64,000 nt of DNA from an uncultured Gemmatimonadales bacterium (GTDB lineage: Bacteria > Gemmatimonadota > Gemmatimonadetes > Palauibacterales > Palauibacteraceae). The translations under genes were made by a program, and so were the position numbers. Below are positions 36,651-47,436 of this stretch, one piece after another. The notes under the pieces are model-generated. The model did no database searches, was not told the origin of the DNA, and was given only the letters and a program-made list of their open reading frames with translations. The first letter of the stretch is position 1; every line of letters starts with the position of its first letter. Where the stretch lies: the NCBI GenBank assembly GCA_947259585.1, contig CAMYMV010000002.1, forward strand, positions 3,925 through 67,924, in the 5' to 3' direction.

Positions 36651-39434
36651 ATGCGAACCGAGCGTGCGATATCCTTCATGCTTACAGCCGCGGCCCTCGC
36701 CATGCCGTTGCCCGTGACCGCGCAGGAGACTGGGACGGCGGCAGGTGTGGTCGACGACATAGAGATCCCGTTCGAGAAGTTCGTTCTCGACAACGGCCTC
36801 ACGGTGATCGTTCACGAGGACCACAAGGCCCCCATCGTGGCCGTGAACGTCTGGTACCACGTCGGCTCGAAGAACGAGAAGCGGGGCCGAACCGGCTTTG
36901 CCCATCTCTTCGAGCATCTGATGTTCAACGGGACGGAGAACCACAACGACGAGTACTTCGGGCCGTTCGAGCGGGCCGGCGCCACCGATATGAACGGGAC
37001 CACGAATCCCGACCGGACCAACTACTTCCAGAACGTGCCGACGCCGGCGCTGGACATGGCGCTGTGGATGGAGTCCGATCGCATGGGGCACCTGCTCGGT
37101 GCCGTCGATCAGTCCAAGCTGGACGAGCAGCGCGGCGTCGTACAGAACGAGAAACGGCAGGGCGAGAACCGGCCGTACGGTCCCGTGCGGCAGCTGATGA
37201 CAGAGGCCTCGTATCCGAGTGACCACCCCTATTCGTGGACGACGATCGGCCTGATGGAGGACCTGGATGCCGCGTCGCTGGAGGACGTCCACGAGTGGTT
37301 CAGGACCTACTACGGTCCGAACAACGCCGTCATCGTCCTGGCGGGCGACATAGACGCCGAGACCGCCCGGGAGAAGGCCGAGGAGTATTTCGGCTGGATC
37401 CCGGCAGGACCTCCCGTTCCCAAACATCAGGTCTGGTTGGCGAAGATGGAGGGGGAGAAGCGTCAGACCCTGCAGGACCGCGTGCCTCAGGCCCGCGTCT
37501 ACATGGTCTGGAACATTCCGGAGTGGGCCTCGGCGGACGCCACCTACCTCGATCTGGTGACGGACGTGCTGGCGAGGGGGAAGACGTCCCGGCTCTACAA
37601 GCGGCTGGTCTACGACGACCAGATCGCGACCGATGTCTCGGCGTTCGTCAGGCTTCGCGAGATCGGCGGCCAGCTGGCGATCCAGGCGTCGGCGCGCCCG
37701 GGCCAGGGTCTGGCCGAGGTGGAGGCTGCCGTGCGTGAGGAGGTCGCGCAGTTTCTCGAGGAAGGTCCTACGGAAGAGGAGATGGATCGGGTCAGGACCC
37801 AGTACCTGGCGGGCTTCATACGCGGCATTCAGCGCATCGGAGGCTTCGGCGGCAAGTCCGACGTGCTGGCCGCCAGCGAGGTCTACGGCGGAGCCCCTGA
37901 GTTCTACAAGACGCGTCTCGAGCGGGTGTCGGGCGCGACGACGGCCGATCTGCTGAAGGCGAGCCGGAAGTGGCTCGACGATGGCGTCTACGTCCTGGAG
38001 GTCACGCCATATCCGGAGTTCAAGGTGGCCGCGCAGGATGTCGATCGAAGCGGAGTCCCGGGTCCGGGGCCCGCCCCGAAGGTGGCGTTCCCGGCGATTC
38101 AACGCTCGACGCTGTCGAACGGCATGGAGGTCGTGTTGGCCGAGCGGCATGCGGTGCCGTTGGTGAGGGTGAGCCTCCTGGTCGATGCAGGATTCGCGGC
38201 CGATCAGTTCAGCCTTCCCGGCACGGCCGATCTGACGTTGGACATGATGGATGAGGGGACCGGGAGCATGTCCGCACTCGAGATCAGCGAGGCGCTGGCT
38301 TTGCTCGGTGCGCAGCTCTCCACGGGATCATCGCTCGACAACTCGAGCGTTTCCCTTTCCGCCTTGACCGACAACCTGGATGAGTCGCTCAAGATCTTCG
38401 CCGACGTGATCCTCGACCCGGCGTTCCCCACGGCGGACTTCGAGCGTCTTCAAAAGCTGCAGCTGGCGGCGATCCAGCGGGAGAAGATGCAGCCGTTCTC
38501 CATGGCGCTTCGAGTGCTGCCGGCCCTGATGTACGGTGAGGGGCACGCGTACTCGAACCCGATGACCGGCTCCGGCACCGAGGAGTCGGTGGCCCGGATC
38601 ACGCGCGACGAGCTCGTCGACTTCCACTCGACCTGGTTCCGGCCAAACAACGCTTCGCTCCTCGTCGTCGGCGACGTGACGATGGATGAGCTCGTGCCCC
38701 GCCTGGAGCGGCTCTTCGGCGGTTGGCCCCGCGCCGACGTGCCCGCGAAGAACATCGCCGACGTTTCCACCGCGGCCGCGCCGACGATCTACCTGATGGA
38801 CCGTCCAGATGCGGCGCAATCCGTGATCTTCGCGGGCCAGCTCATCGCGCCGAAGGATAATCCCGACGAGGTGGCCATCGAGACGATGAACCGCATCCTG
38901 GGGGGCACGTTCAGCTCGCGGATCAACATGAACCTGCGGGAGGACAAGGCCTGGTCGTATGGCGCACGCAGCGTGGTCTTCGACACGAAGGCCCAGCGCC
39001 CACAGATCATCTTCGCTCCCGTTCAGACCGATAAGACCGCCGAGTCGCTGCGGGAGATCCTGACCGAGCTGGAGGGGATTCGCGGGGTCCGGCCGATCGA
39101 GGTCGAGGAGCTGACCAGGGTCCAGGAATCCCGGACCCGGAGCATGGCGGGCCGCTGGGAGACCAACGGCGAGGTCCAGGGAGGCCTCGCGGAGATCGTG
39201 ACGTACGAACTGCCCGATGACTACTTCGACCGCTACGCGTCGCAACTTCGGGCGCTCGGGCTGGAGGAGCTGGCCGGGGTCGCCCGGGGGACGATCGATC
39301 CGGGCCGTTTCGTCTGGGTCGTCGTGGGTGACCGCGAGAAGATCGAGGCTCCCATCCGGGAGCTCGACCTCGGCACGATCCGTCTGATCGACGCGGACGG
39401 ACAGGTCATCGGTGAGGCGGCCGCCGCCAGGTAG
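36651..39434 (+). CDS. M16 (pitrilysin-like) zinc peptidase, fused two-module form, exported
   Basis: Signal peptide; AHLFEH motif; second LSNG module; NLREDKAWSYG. Confidence 0.94.
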   Translation: MRTERAISFMLTAAALAMPLPVTAQETGTAAGVVDDIEIPFEKFVLDNGLTVIVHEDHKAPIVAVNVWYHVGSKNEKRGRTGFAHLFEHLMFNGTENHNDEYFGPFERAGATDMNGTTNPDRTNYFQNVPTPALDMALWMESDRMGHLLGAVDQSKLDEQRGVVQNEKRQGENRPYGPVRQLMTEASYPSDHPYSWTTIGLMEDLDAASLEDVHEWFRTYYGPNNAVIVLAGDIDAETAREKAEEYFGWIPAGPPVPKHQVWLAKMEGEKRQTLQDRVPQARVYMVWNIPEWASADATYLDLVTDVLARGKTSRLYKRLVYDDQIATDVSAFVRLREIGGQLAIQASARPGQGLAEVEAAVREEVAQFLEEGPTEEEMDRVRTQYLAGFIRGIQRIGGFGGKSDVLAASEVYGGAPEFYKTRLERVSGATTADLLKASRKWLDDGVYVLEVTPYPEFKVAAQDVDRSGVPGPGPAPKVAFPAIQRSTLSNGMEVVLAERHAVPLVRVSLLVDAGFAADQFSLPGTADLTLDMMDEGTGSMSALEISEALALLGAQLSTGSSLDNSSVSLSALTDNLDESLKIFADVILDPAFPTADFERLQKLQLAAIQREKMQPFSMALRVLPALMYGEGHAYSNPMTGSGTEESVARITRDELVDFHSTWFRPNNASLLVVGDVTMDELVPRLERLFGGWPRADVPAKNIADVSTAAAPTIYLMDRPDAAQSVIFAGQLIAPKDNPDEVAIETMNRILGGTFSSRINMNLREDKAWSYGARSVVFDTKAQRPQIIFAPVQTDKTAESLREILTELEGIRGVRPIEVEELTRVQESRTRSMAGRWETNGEVQGGLAEIVTYELPDDYFDRYASQLRALGLEELAGVARGTIDPGRFVWVVVGDREKIEAPIRELDLGTIRLIDADGQVIGEAAAAR

Positions 39435-39465
39435 CGACGTACCGAGCCCCAGCGCCCCTTGAATC

Positions 39466-39492
39466 GCGCCCCCTTCGCTCCGGAGGGGGCGC
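39466..39492. terminator. GC-rich hairpin after M16 gene
   Basis: gcgcccccttc-gctcc-ggagggggcgc; no clear U tract. Confidence 0.4.
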
Positions 39493-39561
39493 ACTCGCAC
39501 CTTGGCCCGCCATCCTGCCGCACGCCATCTTTCCTGGTGGAAGGATCGGGGGTAGGCAGCG

Positions 39562-41391
39562 ATGTTCGTGCTCGGATCCAGAGTAGCTCTCCACCTATCG
39601 CTGGCGGCGATCGCCGCCACGCTGCCGTTCGCCGACTCCGGCGGAGCCGGCGCCGGCCGGCCTCTCGAACCCGGATTCGTGCCGGCGCTCACGGCCCCGC
39701 AGGCCCCGCACGCGCGCCCACAGGTCCCCGACACCCAGCTCGTAGACGGCCGAGTACTTCTCGAAGCGGCTCGAGACGCGCAGAGGGCGTTCGAACGCAC
39801 CCGCCGCCGGAACCTCCCGTTTTGGAACGGACCCACGCGACGCTGCGACGAGATCGTCGGCCGGTTCTGCCTCTGGCACGACAGAGATCCGTCCTGGAAT
39901 CCCGGCCCGGAGAGCCCGCGTGTGAAGGCGGCCCGGGACGAGTTGATCCAGCTCCTGGAGCGCTATGCGCGTGCAGCGCCCGGGGAGGGGTGGATCGTCG
40001 GCCAATGGATTCGCTACCTCGTGGAGGCGGGGCGTCCCGAGGAAGCGCGGGCGGCCGCCGACACCTGCGAGGCAGAGCGTTGGTGGTGCCTCGCTCTCGC
40101 GGCCTACGCGCGGCACGCCGCGGCCGATTTTTTAGGCGCCGACGAGGCCTACGAGACGGCTCTGCGGACCATGCCCTCCGAGGAGAGTTGTCGCTGGAGA
40201 GATCTCTCGCACATCCTCGACGGCAAGGCCCTGGACGACTACGAGGATCTGGACTGCGTGGAGCGGGAGGCGTTCGAGACGCGTGCCTGGTGGCTGGCCG
40301 ATCCCCTGCTCATGGTGCCCGGGAACGAGCGACGCACGGAACACTTCTCCCGGAACGTCCTGAACCGCCTGCAGCTCGGTGCTGATTCTCCCTACGGCGT
40401 TTACTGGGGGCCCGATCTGGAGGAGCTGCTGGTCCGCTACGGCTGGCCCGTGCGCTGGTCACGGCGTCGCGAGCCGGTGTACTCGCCGGGCCGGCAACGA
40501 CCGGCTATCAGCGGTCACGACCCCGACAGGAGCTTCCGCTTCTTTCCGCCCTCCGAGCTGATCTCGGAGTTCACCACGCTCGAGGCGGCCTGGGAGCTCG
40601 AGCCTCGGCGTCCGCGGGAGGAGTACCAGCCACCGTACGCCGTCGCTTTCGACGGGCGCGAGCAAGGCTTCGACCATCAGCTCGCCGTCTTCCGGCGCGG
40701 AGGCTCGGTGCTGCTGGTCGGCGCGTACGAGTGGGCCAGCGACTCCCTGCCGCCCGATACGCCGCTCCGTGTCAGCCTGGTCTACAGCGCCGAGCGAGGC
40801 CGGCCGGAGGTAGCGGTCTCCGAAGGCGCTCCGCGCCGCGGGGTGCTTACGACGCGGACGCGCGCCGCGCCCGGCGTCCTGGGCATCGAGGCGCTCGCCG
40901 ACTCCGCCGGACGTGCGGCCCGGGCGCGGGTAGGCAGACGGCTCTCGGCCGCCACGGATGGGCCCTCACTTTCCGACATCATCCTGCTCGAGCCCGGTGT
41001 AGGCGAGCCGACGCCCGGTACGCTGGAGGAGGCCCTCCTCTTCGTGCGCCCCTCTACGACGGTGCGGCGCGGCGAGCGCATCGGGCTGCTGTGGGAGTTG
41101 TACGGCGTTGCCGAGCGCACGCCGCTGGAAGTGGAGGTTTCGCTGACCAGGCCCGGCAAGGGCTTCTTCCGCAGGGCGGCGGAATGGCTCGGCTTGGCGA
41201 AGCAGGACGACTCCACCGTGAGCCTCGAGTGGCGCGAGCAGATGGGCCGAGGCGCCGGACCGGCGTCGCGCTACCTGGAGCTCCAGATCCCCGATCTTGC
41301 AGAAGGTCGCTACGTTCTGAGTGCGTCGGTTCAGCTTGCCGGGGGGACCGAACTGACGTCCGCGCGCGTCCTGACGGTTCGGGAACGCTAG
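39562..41391 (+). CDS. Exported hypothetical protein (helical Cys/Trp-rich N-terminus, beta-rich C-terminus)
   Basis: 609-aa ORF with signal-like N-terminus; WWLADP..NERRTEH and RYGWP segments. Confidence 0.75.
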   Translation: MFVLGSRVALHLSLAAIAATLPFADSGGAGAGRPLEPGFVPALTAPQAPHARPQVPDTQLVDGRVLLEAARDAQRAFERTRRRNLPFWNGPTRRCDEIVGRFCLWHDRDPSWNPGPESPRVKAARDELIQLLERYARAAPGEGWIVGQWIRYLVEAGRPEEARAAADTCEAERWWCLALAAYARHAAADFLGADEAYETALRTMPSEESCRWRDLSHILDGKALDDYEDLDCVEREAFETRAWWLADPLLMVPGNERRTEHFSRNVLNRLQLGADSPYGVYWGPDLEELLVRYGWPVRWSRRREPVYSPGRQRPAISGHDPDRSFRFFPPSELISEFTTLEAAWELEPRRPREEYQPPYAVAFDGREQGFDHQLAVFRRGGSVLLVGAYEWASDSLPPDTPLRVSLVYSAERGRPEVAVSEGAPRRGVLTTRTRAAPGVLGIEALADSAGRAARARVGRRLSAATDGPSLSDIILLEPGVGEPTPGTLEEALLFVRPSTTVRRGERIGLLWELYGVAERTPLEVEVSLTRPGKGFFRRAAEWLGLAKQDDSTVSLEWREQMGRGAGPASRYLELQIPDLAEGRYVLSASVQLAGGTELTSARVLTVRER

Positions 41392-41452
41392 TCACGCGCC
41401 CAGCCGCGGGGGAGACCCACCGCCGGGACTCCGCGATCGCGGCCGCGGGCGT

Positions 41453-41478
41453 GTGCAAGCCCGGACCGCAAGAACGTC
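41453..41478 (+). promoter_or_regulatory. Possible ECF autoregulatory promoter
   Basis: GTGCAA-N16-CGTC about 80 bp upstream of the sigma gene. Confidence 0.3.
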
Positions 41479-41558
41479 CTCATGGTCGGAAGGCCGCGAG
41501 GCAGCCCGGTTCGCCAGACCGGGGACGAATCAATCGAGAAGCTCACGGCCGAGGTGGC

Positions 41559-42068
41559 ATGCCGACGGACTGGGCGGCTTTGTACGAATCGATGTACGGT
41601 GATCTGGTGCGCTTCCTCTACCGAAAGGTGTGGGACGCGCAGCGAGCGGAGGATCTCGCCCAGGAGACGTTCGTGAGAGCTCTCCGGCACGATCCCGACA
41701 AGCCGCGTGCCTGGGTTTTCACGGTGGCATCCAACCTCGCGCGCGACGAGGCGCGAACGGCAATGAGACAACGCCGACACCTGACCCTGATACGGGCGGA
41801 GATGGAGGACGACCCTCCCGCCTCGCCGGCGCCCTCGGAGAGCGTTGAGCGGGAGGAGCGTTCGGCGGCCGTACGGCGGGCGCTGGACGCGCTCAGCGAG
41901 CGTGACCGGGAGGCTCTCCTGCTCTGGGACGGCGGGCTCAGCTACGCGGAGATCGCGGAGCAGACCGGTCTCTCGGCGGGAGCCGTCGGCACGACCCTCT
42001 CCCGGGCCCGCAACCGCCTGGTGACGGCTTACAAGGAGCATGAGCAGCGAAATGTCGCATCTGACTGA
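41559..42068 (+). CDS. ECF sigma-70 factor
   Basis: AEDLAQETF, AWVFTVASNLARD and LSYAEIA..G...GAVGTTLSRAR motifs; GAGGT RBS. Confidence 0.93.
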   Translation: MPTDWAALYESMYGDLVRFLYRKVWDAQRAEDLAQETFVRALRHDPDKPRAWVFTVASNLARDEARTAMRQRRHLTLIRAEMEDDPPASPAPSESVEREERSAAVRRALDALSERDREALLLWDGGLSYAEIAEQTGLSAGAVGTTLSRARNRLVTAYKEHEQRNVASD

Positions 42069-43431
42069 CGGGCAGCTACACGCCTACCTAGATGGGAGCG
42101 TCGAGGCGTTGGACGGCGCCACGCTCGTCGAGGCACACTCGCACATCGCCGCATGCGACGATTGCAGCGCTCGACTCGAGGCAGCGCGTCTGGTGCGGGA
42201 TGAGGCGGTGTCTCTGTTGGGCACGGCGGCGCCGTCCTCGTTCTCCCCGCCGGCGTTTGAAGAGCTGGAGCGTCGTGCCGCTCTCGTAGATCCCGTTGAT
42301 GACTCCGCCGCCGGACCGCCGAGGGGAAGGAGTCTGCCGAGCGGTAGGAACGCCGCCAGCGGTCGCCTTTTTCGGCGGTCGGGATCGCTGGCATGGGCCG
42401 CTTCGCTCACGGTCGCGCTCACGGCCGGCTGGCTGGCCCGCGGCACGGTCGGCACGGGGTTGACGGAGCGGCCCGCCGTAACGGCTCCGTCGGAGACCGT
42501 CGCGTTGCAGGACAAGCAGGAGGCTTCCGCTCTGGACCAATCCGTCGGTCGGGAGGCTGCGGAGTCGCTCGAAGGGTCCGTTACCGGCGAGGGAGGTTAC
42601 GATGAGGCGACGCGGCGGAGCCTCGCGCGCCAGGCGACCGAGCGGTCGGCCGAGTCCGCGTCCGAGCCGAAGGAGGACCGAAACGCTCAGGCTGCGGCTC
42701 CGCCCGAGTTCTTCGCCCGAGAGGGGGCCGAGACCGAGGCGGACGCGGATCGCCGGCGAGGCGACAGGTTGGCGATGGACGAGGTAGCCACGGAGACCGC
42801 CGGCGACGAAGCGGCACCGGCCGATGACAGGCCAGCACCCGTCGCGGAGGAGGTCGAGGCGAGGCGCCTCGAGGCAGGGAACCGGGAGCAGGTGGCGCAA
42901 CCCGAGCCGCAGCGGGCGAAGGAACCCGTTCTGGAACGGGCGGCGGCGAAGATGGCCCAGCCGGACGTCGCCGGCCGGCCGCCCGGGGGCCTCGGCGCCG
43001 TCGATGGTCCGGCAGACTGGCAGCCCGTGCACCGCGAGCAGGCCGAGGCGCTTCTCGGAGGAGCCCTCAAGACGGTCGAGGGGCTCCGCGTCCTCTCGGT
43101 GTACGCGCGGGCCGCCGGTGCGGCGCCTGAGGTGTGGACGGCTCAACAGCTCGACTCGGGCCACCAGCTCAACCTGCGGCAGACGCCAATCGGCGACGGT
43201 CGGTTCGGCGATCTCGAGGAGAGCGGAGCCGAGAACGAGCGGGCCGAACAGGCGGCCGAACCAGCCGATCCGGCGGCCGAACCGGTCTCGGAGATGGAGG
43301 CGAGGACCCCGCTGCAGCAGGCCTATTACGAGACGCTCGAGTCTCTGCTCGTCGACGGCTTCCTGATCGAGGCGACGGCTCCCCTCTCTCGGGACTCTCT
43401 GCGCTCCCTGCTCTCCCGGCTCAGGGACTGA
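42052..43431 (+). CDS. Zinc-binding anti-sigma factor (zf-HC2) with TM and long low-complexity tail
   Basis: HLTDGQLHAYLDG...HIAACDDC; LAWAAS TM segment. Confidence 0.88.
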   Translation: MSHLTDGQLHAYLDGSVEALDGATLVEAHSHIAACDDCSARLEAARLVRDEAVSLLGTAAPSSFSPPAFEELERRAALVDPVDDSAAGPPRGRSLPSGRNAASGRLFRRSGSLAWAASLTVALTAGWLARGTVGTGLTERPAVTAPSETVALQDKQEASALDQSVGREAAESLEGSVTGEGGYDEATRRSLARQATERSAESASEPKEDRNAQAAAPPEFFAREGAETEADADRRRGDRLAMDEVATETAGDEAAPADDRPAPVAEEVEARRLEAGNREQVAQPEPQRAKEPVLERAAAKMAQPDVAGRPPGGLGAVDGPADWQPVHREQAEALLGGALKTVEGLRVLSVYARAAGAAPEVWTAQQLDSGHQLNLRQTPIGDGRFGDLEESGAENERAEQAAEPADPAAEPVSEMEARTPLQQAYYETLESLLVDGFLIEATAPLSRDSLRSLLSRLRD

Positions 43432-43612
43432 GGATGCCTGGCGGGAACCACCGTCGCCTCCCACCGGTTCAGGTCTGGCGGTTCGCCCCGAAACCGGCGT
43501 AGGGTGAAGTCGAGGTCGGCCTGGACGGCCACGACCAGTCGGTTCGGCCGTGCTCGGCCGAAGGAGCCGGGGCTACGCACCGCTATCCCCGTATGGTCAC
43601 AAGGAGGCCCAA

Positions 43613-44473
43613 TTGAGCGACGATCGAATCGCGTCCTACGCGAATCCCGAGAAGCTCGTGACGACGGCCTGGGTGGCTGAGAACCTCGGTCGGGAGGATG
43701 TGCGCATCGTCGAGTCCGACGAAGACGTGCTGCTCTACGACATGGGTCACATCCCCGGAGCCGTGAAGATCGATTGGCACACGGACCTGCAGCACCCGCT
43801 TCGACGTGACTACCTGAAAGCGGACCCCTTCGCGGCCCTGATGAGCCAGAAGGGAATCTCGCGTGACACGACCGTCGTCTTCTACGGAGACAAGAACAAC
43901 TGGTGGGCCTGCTATGCCCTCTGGGTGTTCGAGCTCTTCGGGCACCCGGGCTGCCGGGTCATGGATGGGGGCCGGGCCAAGTGGGAGGCGGAGGGCCGCG
44001 AGATGTCCACGGAGGTGCCCGATTATCCCGCTGGAGACTACCCGGTGCCCGATCGGAGCGATGCGCTGATCCGTGCCTTCCGCGACGATGTCGTGGATCA
44101 CATAGGTGGCGAGAAGCCTCTGATCGACGTGCGCTCTCCCGAGGAGTACCGGGGAGAGCGGCTGCACATGCCCGATTACCCGAACGAGGGCGCGCTGCGT
44201 GGGGGGCACATTCCCGGCGCCGCCAACGTCCCCTGGGGGCGTGCCGTGCAGGAGAACGGGACTTTCAAGCCTCTCGAAGAGCTGCGGGCCCTCTACGAAG
44301 GGGAAGCCGGGCTATCGCCGGACGACGAGGTGGTCGCCTACTGCCGGATCGGGGAGCGCTCCAGCCACACGTGGTTCGTGCTCCACTACCTGCTCGGCTA
44401 CCCGAACGTGCGCAACTACGACGGCTCCTGGACGGAATGGGGCAATCTGGTGCAGGCGCCGATCGAGAAGTGA
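43613..44473 (+). CDS. Tandem rhodanese sulfurtransferase (SseA/CysA-like)
   Basis: GHIPGA twice, YCRIGERS and YDGSWTEW motifs; AAGGAGG before TTG 43613. Confidence 0.94.
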   Translation: MSDDRIASYANPEKLVTTAWVAENLGREDVRIVESDEDVLLYDMGHIPGAVKIDWHTDLQHPLRRDYLKADPFAALMSQKGISRDTTVVFYGDKNNWWACYALWVFELFGHPGCRVMDGGRAKWEAEGREMSTEVPDYPAGDYPVPDRSDALIRAFRDDVVDHIGGEKPLIDVRSPEEYRGERLHMPDYPNEGALRGGHIPGAANVPWGRAVQENGTFKPLEELRALYEGEAGLSPDDEVVAYCRIGERSSHTWFVLHYLLGYPNVRNYDGSWTEWGNLVQAPIEK

Positions 44474-45324
44474 CCGCTCTTCTCGGCGCTGCCCGTCGCC
44501 TGTTGCCGCGGCGCGGCCAGCGGCTCGCCTGGCTCCTCGCGCTCTGGAGCGCCGTGCTGGCCGGCGGCGGCTGCGGCCGGCTCGACTCGGGTGGCAGCGG
44601 GACGGGAGATGGGGACGGATCGGAGAGAACTCCCGAGGAGATCCTGGCCGATTCGCTGATCGCCAGCTGGACCGGGACGGCAGGTGGAGTGAAATCGTGG
44701 GACGCCGTGCGGTCGGCCCGCTACACGATCAACACCGTGCTGTACGACTCGCTCGAGGCGGTACGCTGGATGCGACCACGGCGGGTGGCGATGCGGAAGA
44801 CGAGCCGCGCGGAGGAGGCGAGGATCGAACGACCCGAGGCGGAAGGCCTCTACGTTCAGGTCTTCACGGGCGACACCGCCTGGGCCACGCTCAACGGACG
44901 GCCCCTCCCCCTCGAGGATCCGGCGGCGGCCGAGGCGGAGTACGTGGCCCGCGACGTCGTCTACTGGTTCGGTCTGCCCTACAAGCTCTGGGACCCCGGA
45001 GTCAACCGCCGGGCGCGGAGGACCGACGACGGATACGAGGTTGCCGTCACCTTCGGATCCGAGGTCGGCGCGCACCCCGGCGACCGCTACTTCTACTACT
45101 TCAACGACGACGACCCCTTTCCGGAGGAAGTGCACTACATCGAGGAGGGGAAGGAGAACCGGAGCCGTACCGTATGGGCCGACTTCCGGGTGGCCGATCC
45201 CCTCACGTACGTAGGCACGCGCAAGTGGTACGTCGATGGGAAGCTGACCAAGGAGCTGCGGATCGGCGATGTGGGGATCAACCCGGAGCTGGCCGACTCG
45301 CTGTTCACCTCACCGGGACCCTGA
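44470..45324 (+). CDS. Hypothetical lipoprotein (LolA-like fold suspected)
   Basis: GTGA overlap; signal ending GGGC; [13 protein letters not shown] and GDRY motifs. Confidence 0.75.
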   Translation: MTALLGAARRLLPRRGQRLAWLLALWSAVLAGGGCGRLDSGGSGTGDGDGSERTPEEILADSLIASWTGTAGGVKSWDAVRSARYTINTVLYDSLEAVRWMRPRRVAMRKTSRAEEARIERPEAEGLYVQVFTGDTAWATLNGRPLPLEDPAAAEAEYVARDVVYWFGLPYKLWDPGVNRRARRTDDGYEVAVTFGSEVGAHPGDRYFYYFNDDDPFPEEVHYIEEGKENRSRTVWADFRVADPLTYVGTRKWYVDGKLTKELRIGDVGINPELADSLFTSPGP

Positions 45325-45334
45325 CGGGGCTGGC

Positions 45335-45880
45335 GTGAGCGCGAAACACACGGAGTTCGAGGCCGAGGCGCTCGTCCACATGGACGTGCTGTACGGGCTG
45401 GCGTTGCGCTTCACCGGCGGCGACGACGCGACGGCCCAGGACCTGGTGCAGGACACGCTGCTCAAGGCCTATCGGGCCTGGGACAGATTCGAGCCCGGCA
45501 CGAACTGTCGCGCCTGGCTCACCACGATTCTCCGCAACACCTTCATCAACGACCTGCGCCGGCGGCAGGCCCGGCCCGCGCCGGTGGAATACGACGAGGT
45601 GGCCGAGCGGTCCGTGTATCCCCAGCTGCACGAGGAGGATGCGGAGGGCGGTTTCTTCGATCGAATAGTGGATCAGGAGGTGATCCGCGCGATCGAGGAG
45701 CTTCCGGAGGACTTCCGCGTGCCGCTTGTGCTGGCAGACCTCGAGGGGATCGGCTACCAGGAGATCTCCGAGCTGCTCGAGATCCCGGTCGGCACGGTCA
45801 AGTCACGCCTCTTCAGGGCAAGGCGAAGGCTGCAGCAGAGGCTGTACCGATACGCCGTCGAGATGGGCTACATCCGATGA
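45335..45880 (+). CDS. ECF sigma factor (SigH/SigR-like)
   Basis: AQDLVQDT, FEPGTNCRAWL.TILRNTFIN and GTVKSRLFRAR motifs. Confidence 0.93.
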   Translation: MSAKHTEFEAEALVHMDVLYGLALRFTGGDDATAQDLVQDTLLKAYRAWDRFEPGTNCRAWLTTILRNTFINDLRRRQARPAPVEYDEVAERSVYPQLHEEDAEGGFFDRIVDQEVIRAIEELPEDFRVPLVLADLEGIGYQEISELLEIPVGTVKSRLFRARRRLQQRLYRYAVEMGYIR

Positions 45881-45935
45881 AGCCGGACCTGGCGGGTTAT
45901 GCGCCCGCAAGACTCGAAGTGACGGGAGCCAGGCG

Positions 45936-46241
45936 ATGACGCACGATGAGCAGCCCCCCGGAGATGTGGCGAGCCCGGAACGGGGGGGCACCGCGGATGA
46001 GCTGAGCTGTGAGGAGGCGGCGCGCAACGTCTTCGAGTACCTGGACGGAGAGCTGCCGCCGGACTACAGCGAGAAAGTGCATCGCCACGTGGAGATGTGC
46101 CGTCGGTGCTACCCGTACTTCAACTTCGAGCGGGCGTTTCTCGACTACGTTCACGACCGTGGGATGAGGCCGGCGCGGTCGGCGGAGCTCGAGGAGAGAT
46201 TGAACCGACTACTCAAGGAAGTCGAGGACCGAGAGCCGTAA
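45936..46241 (+). CDS. Cytoplasmic ZAS anti-sigma factor (RshA/RsrA-like)
   Basis: CEEA...EYLDGEL...HVEMCRRC. Confidence 0.9.
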   Translation: MTHDEQPPGDVASPERGGTADELSCEEAARNVFEYLDGELPPDYSEKVHRHVEMCRRCYPYFNFERAFLDYVHDRGMRPARSAELEERLNRLLKEVEDREP

Positions 46242-46336
46242 TTGCCGGTCGGTTTTTGCCTCCCTAATATACCGCGCCGCTTCCGGGGCTCACGACCCCA
46301 CACTCGCGGCCACCCCAAAGGAAACACGGAGAACGC

Positions 46337-47407
46337 ATGAGTTCCAGCGCGCGCGAGCGCCTAGGCCGTCTCCTTGAGGCACGAGGGCCATCCGGCTTCG
46401 AGACGGAGGCGGCGTCGGTTTGGCGCACGCTGGCCGATGAGTTTGCCGATCGGACCTGGAGCGACCTCTACGGAAGCAGCTTCGCCCAGGTAGGCGATGG
46501 GGGTCGTCCCAGGGTGATGCTGGCCGGTCACATCGATGAGATCGGCCTGATGGTCCACCACATCGACGATCAGGGCTTTCTGTACGTGAAGGAGGTCGGG
46601 GGCTGGGATCCCCAGGTGCTGGTGGGCCAGCGAGTAGAGATCCTTGCCGCTGGCGGGGCCGTCCCCGGGGTGATCGGCCGTCGAGCCGTACATCTCATCG
46701 AGCGCTCGGACCGGGAGAAGGCCGTGAAGCTGAAGGATCTGTGGATCGATATCGGCATGACGAGCGGCGACGAGGCGAGGAAACGGGTGGCCGTGGGAGA
46801 CGTTGCGGTAATCCGCTCCGATACGCTCGAGCTCGGTACCGACCTCGTGGCGGCACGTTCCGTCGACGACCGGATCGGCGCGGTCGTCGCGCTGGAGGCA
46901 CTGCGTCTCGTCGCCGAAGGCGAGGCCGCCGCCGAAGTAGTCGCCGTGGCCACGACGCAGGAAGAGGTCGGATACGCTTCGGGGGGTGGCGCGCGAACCA
47001 GCAGCTTCGAGTTGGCTCCAGACGTGGCGATCGTGATCGATGTCACCCACGCGACCGACCACCCGACTCTGGACGCCAAGGAGCACGGAGAGATCAAGCT
47101 CGGCGAAGGCCCGGTCCTCTCGCGCGGCGCCGTGGTGAACCAGGTCGTGTTCCGCCGTCTCGTCGAGGCCGCCGAGCGCGAGAAGATCCCGCACCAGGTT
47201 CAGGCGTCCCCGGCCGGGAGCGGAACCGATGCGGACGCGATCTTCACGTCGAGATCGGGGGTGGCGACGGGGATCGTATCGATCCCGAACCGGTACATGC
47301 ATTCGCCGAACCAGATCGTGTCGATGGAAGATGTCGAGCAGGCGGCCGCGCTGATCGCGAGCTTCATTGGCGCGCTCGAGACCGACACGAGCTTCGTTCC
47401 GATCTGA
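46337..47407 (+). CDS. M42 family aminopeptidase
   Basis: GHIDEIG, DDR, QEEVG, GTDA and RYMHS motifs. Confidence 0.94.
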   Translation: MSSSARERLGRLLEARGPSGFETEAASVWRTLADEFADRTWSDLYGSSFAQVGDGGRPRVMLAGHIDEIGLMVHHIDDQGFLYVKEVGGWDPQVLVGQRVEILAAGGAVPGVIGRRAVHLIERSDREKAVKLKDLWIDIGMTSGDEARKRVAVGDVAVIRSDTLELGTDLVAARSVDDRIGAVVALEALRLVAEGEAAAEVVAVATTQEEVGYASGGGARTSSFELAPDVAIVIDVTHATDHPTLDAKEHGEIKLGEGPVLSRGAVVNQVVFRRLVEAAEREKIPHQVQASPAGSGTDADAIFTSRSGVATGIVSIPNRYMHSPNQIVSMEDVEQAAALIASFIGALETDTSFVPI

Positions 47408-47436
47408 CCCGTTCGCGCCGGGGGCGCCGACCACGT

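Noticed and set aside
40731-41558. Long N-terminal extension on the ECF sigma
   Set aside because: Overlaps the upstream gene in another frame; RBS plus ATG at 41559.
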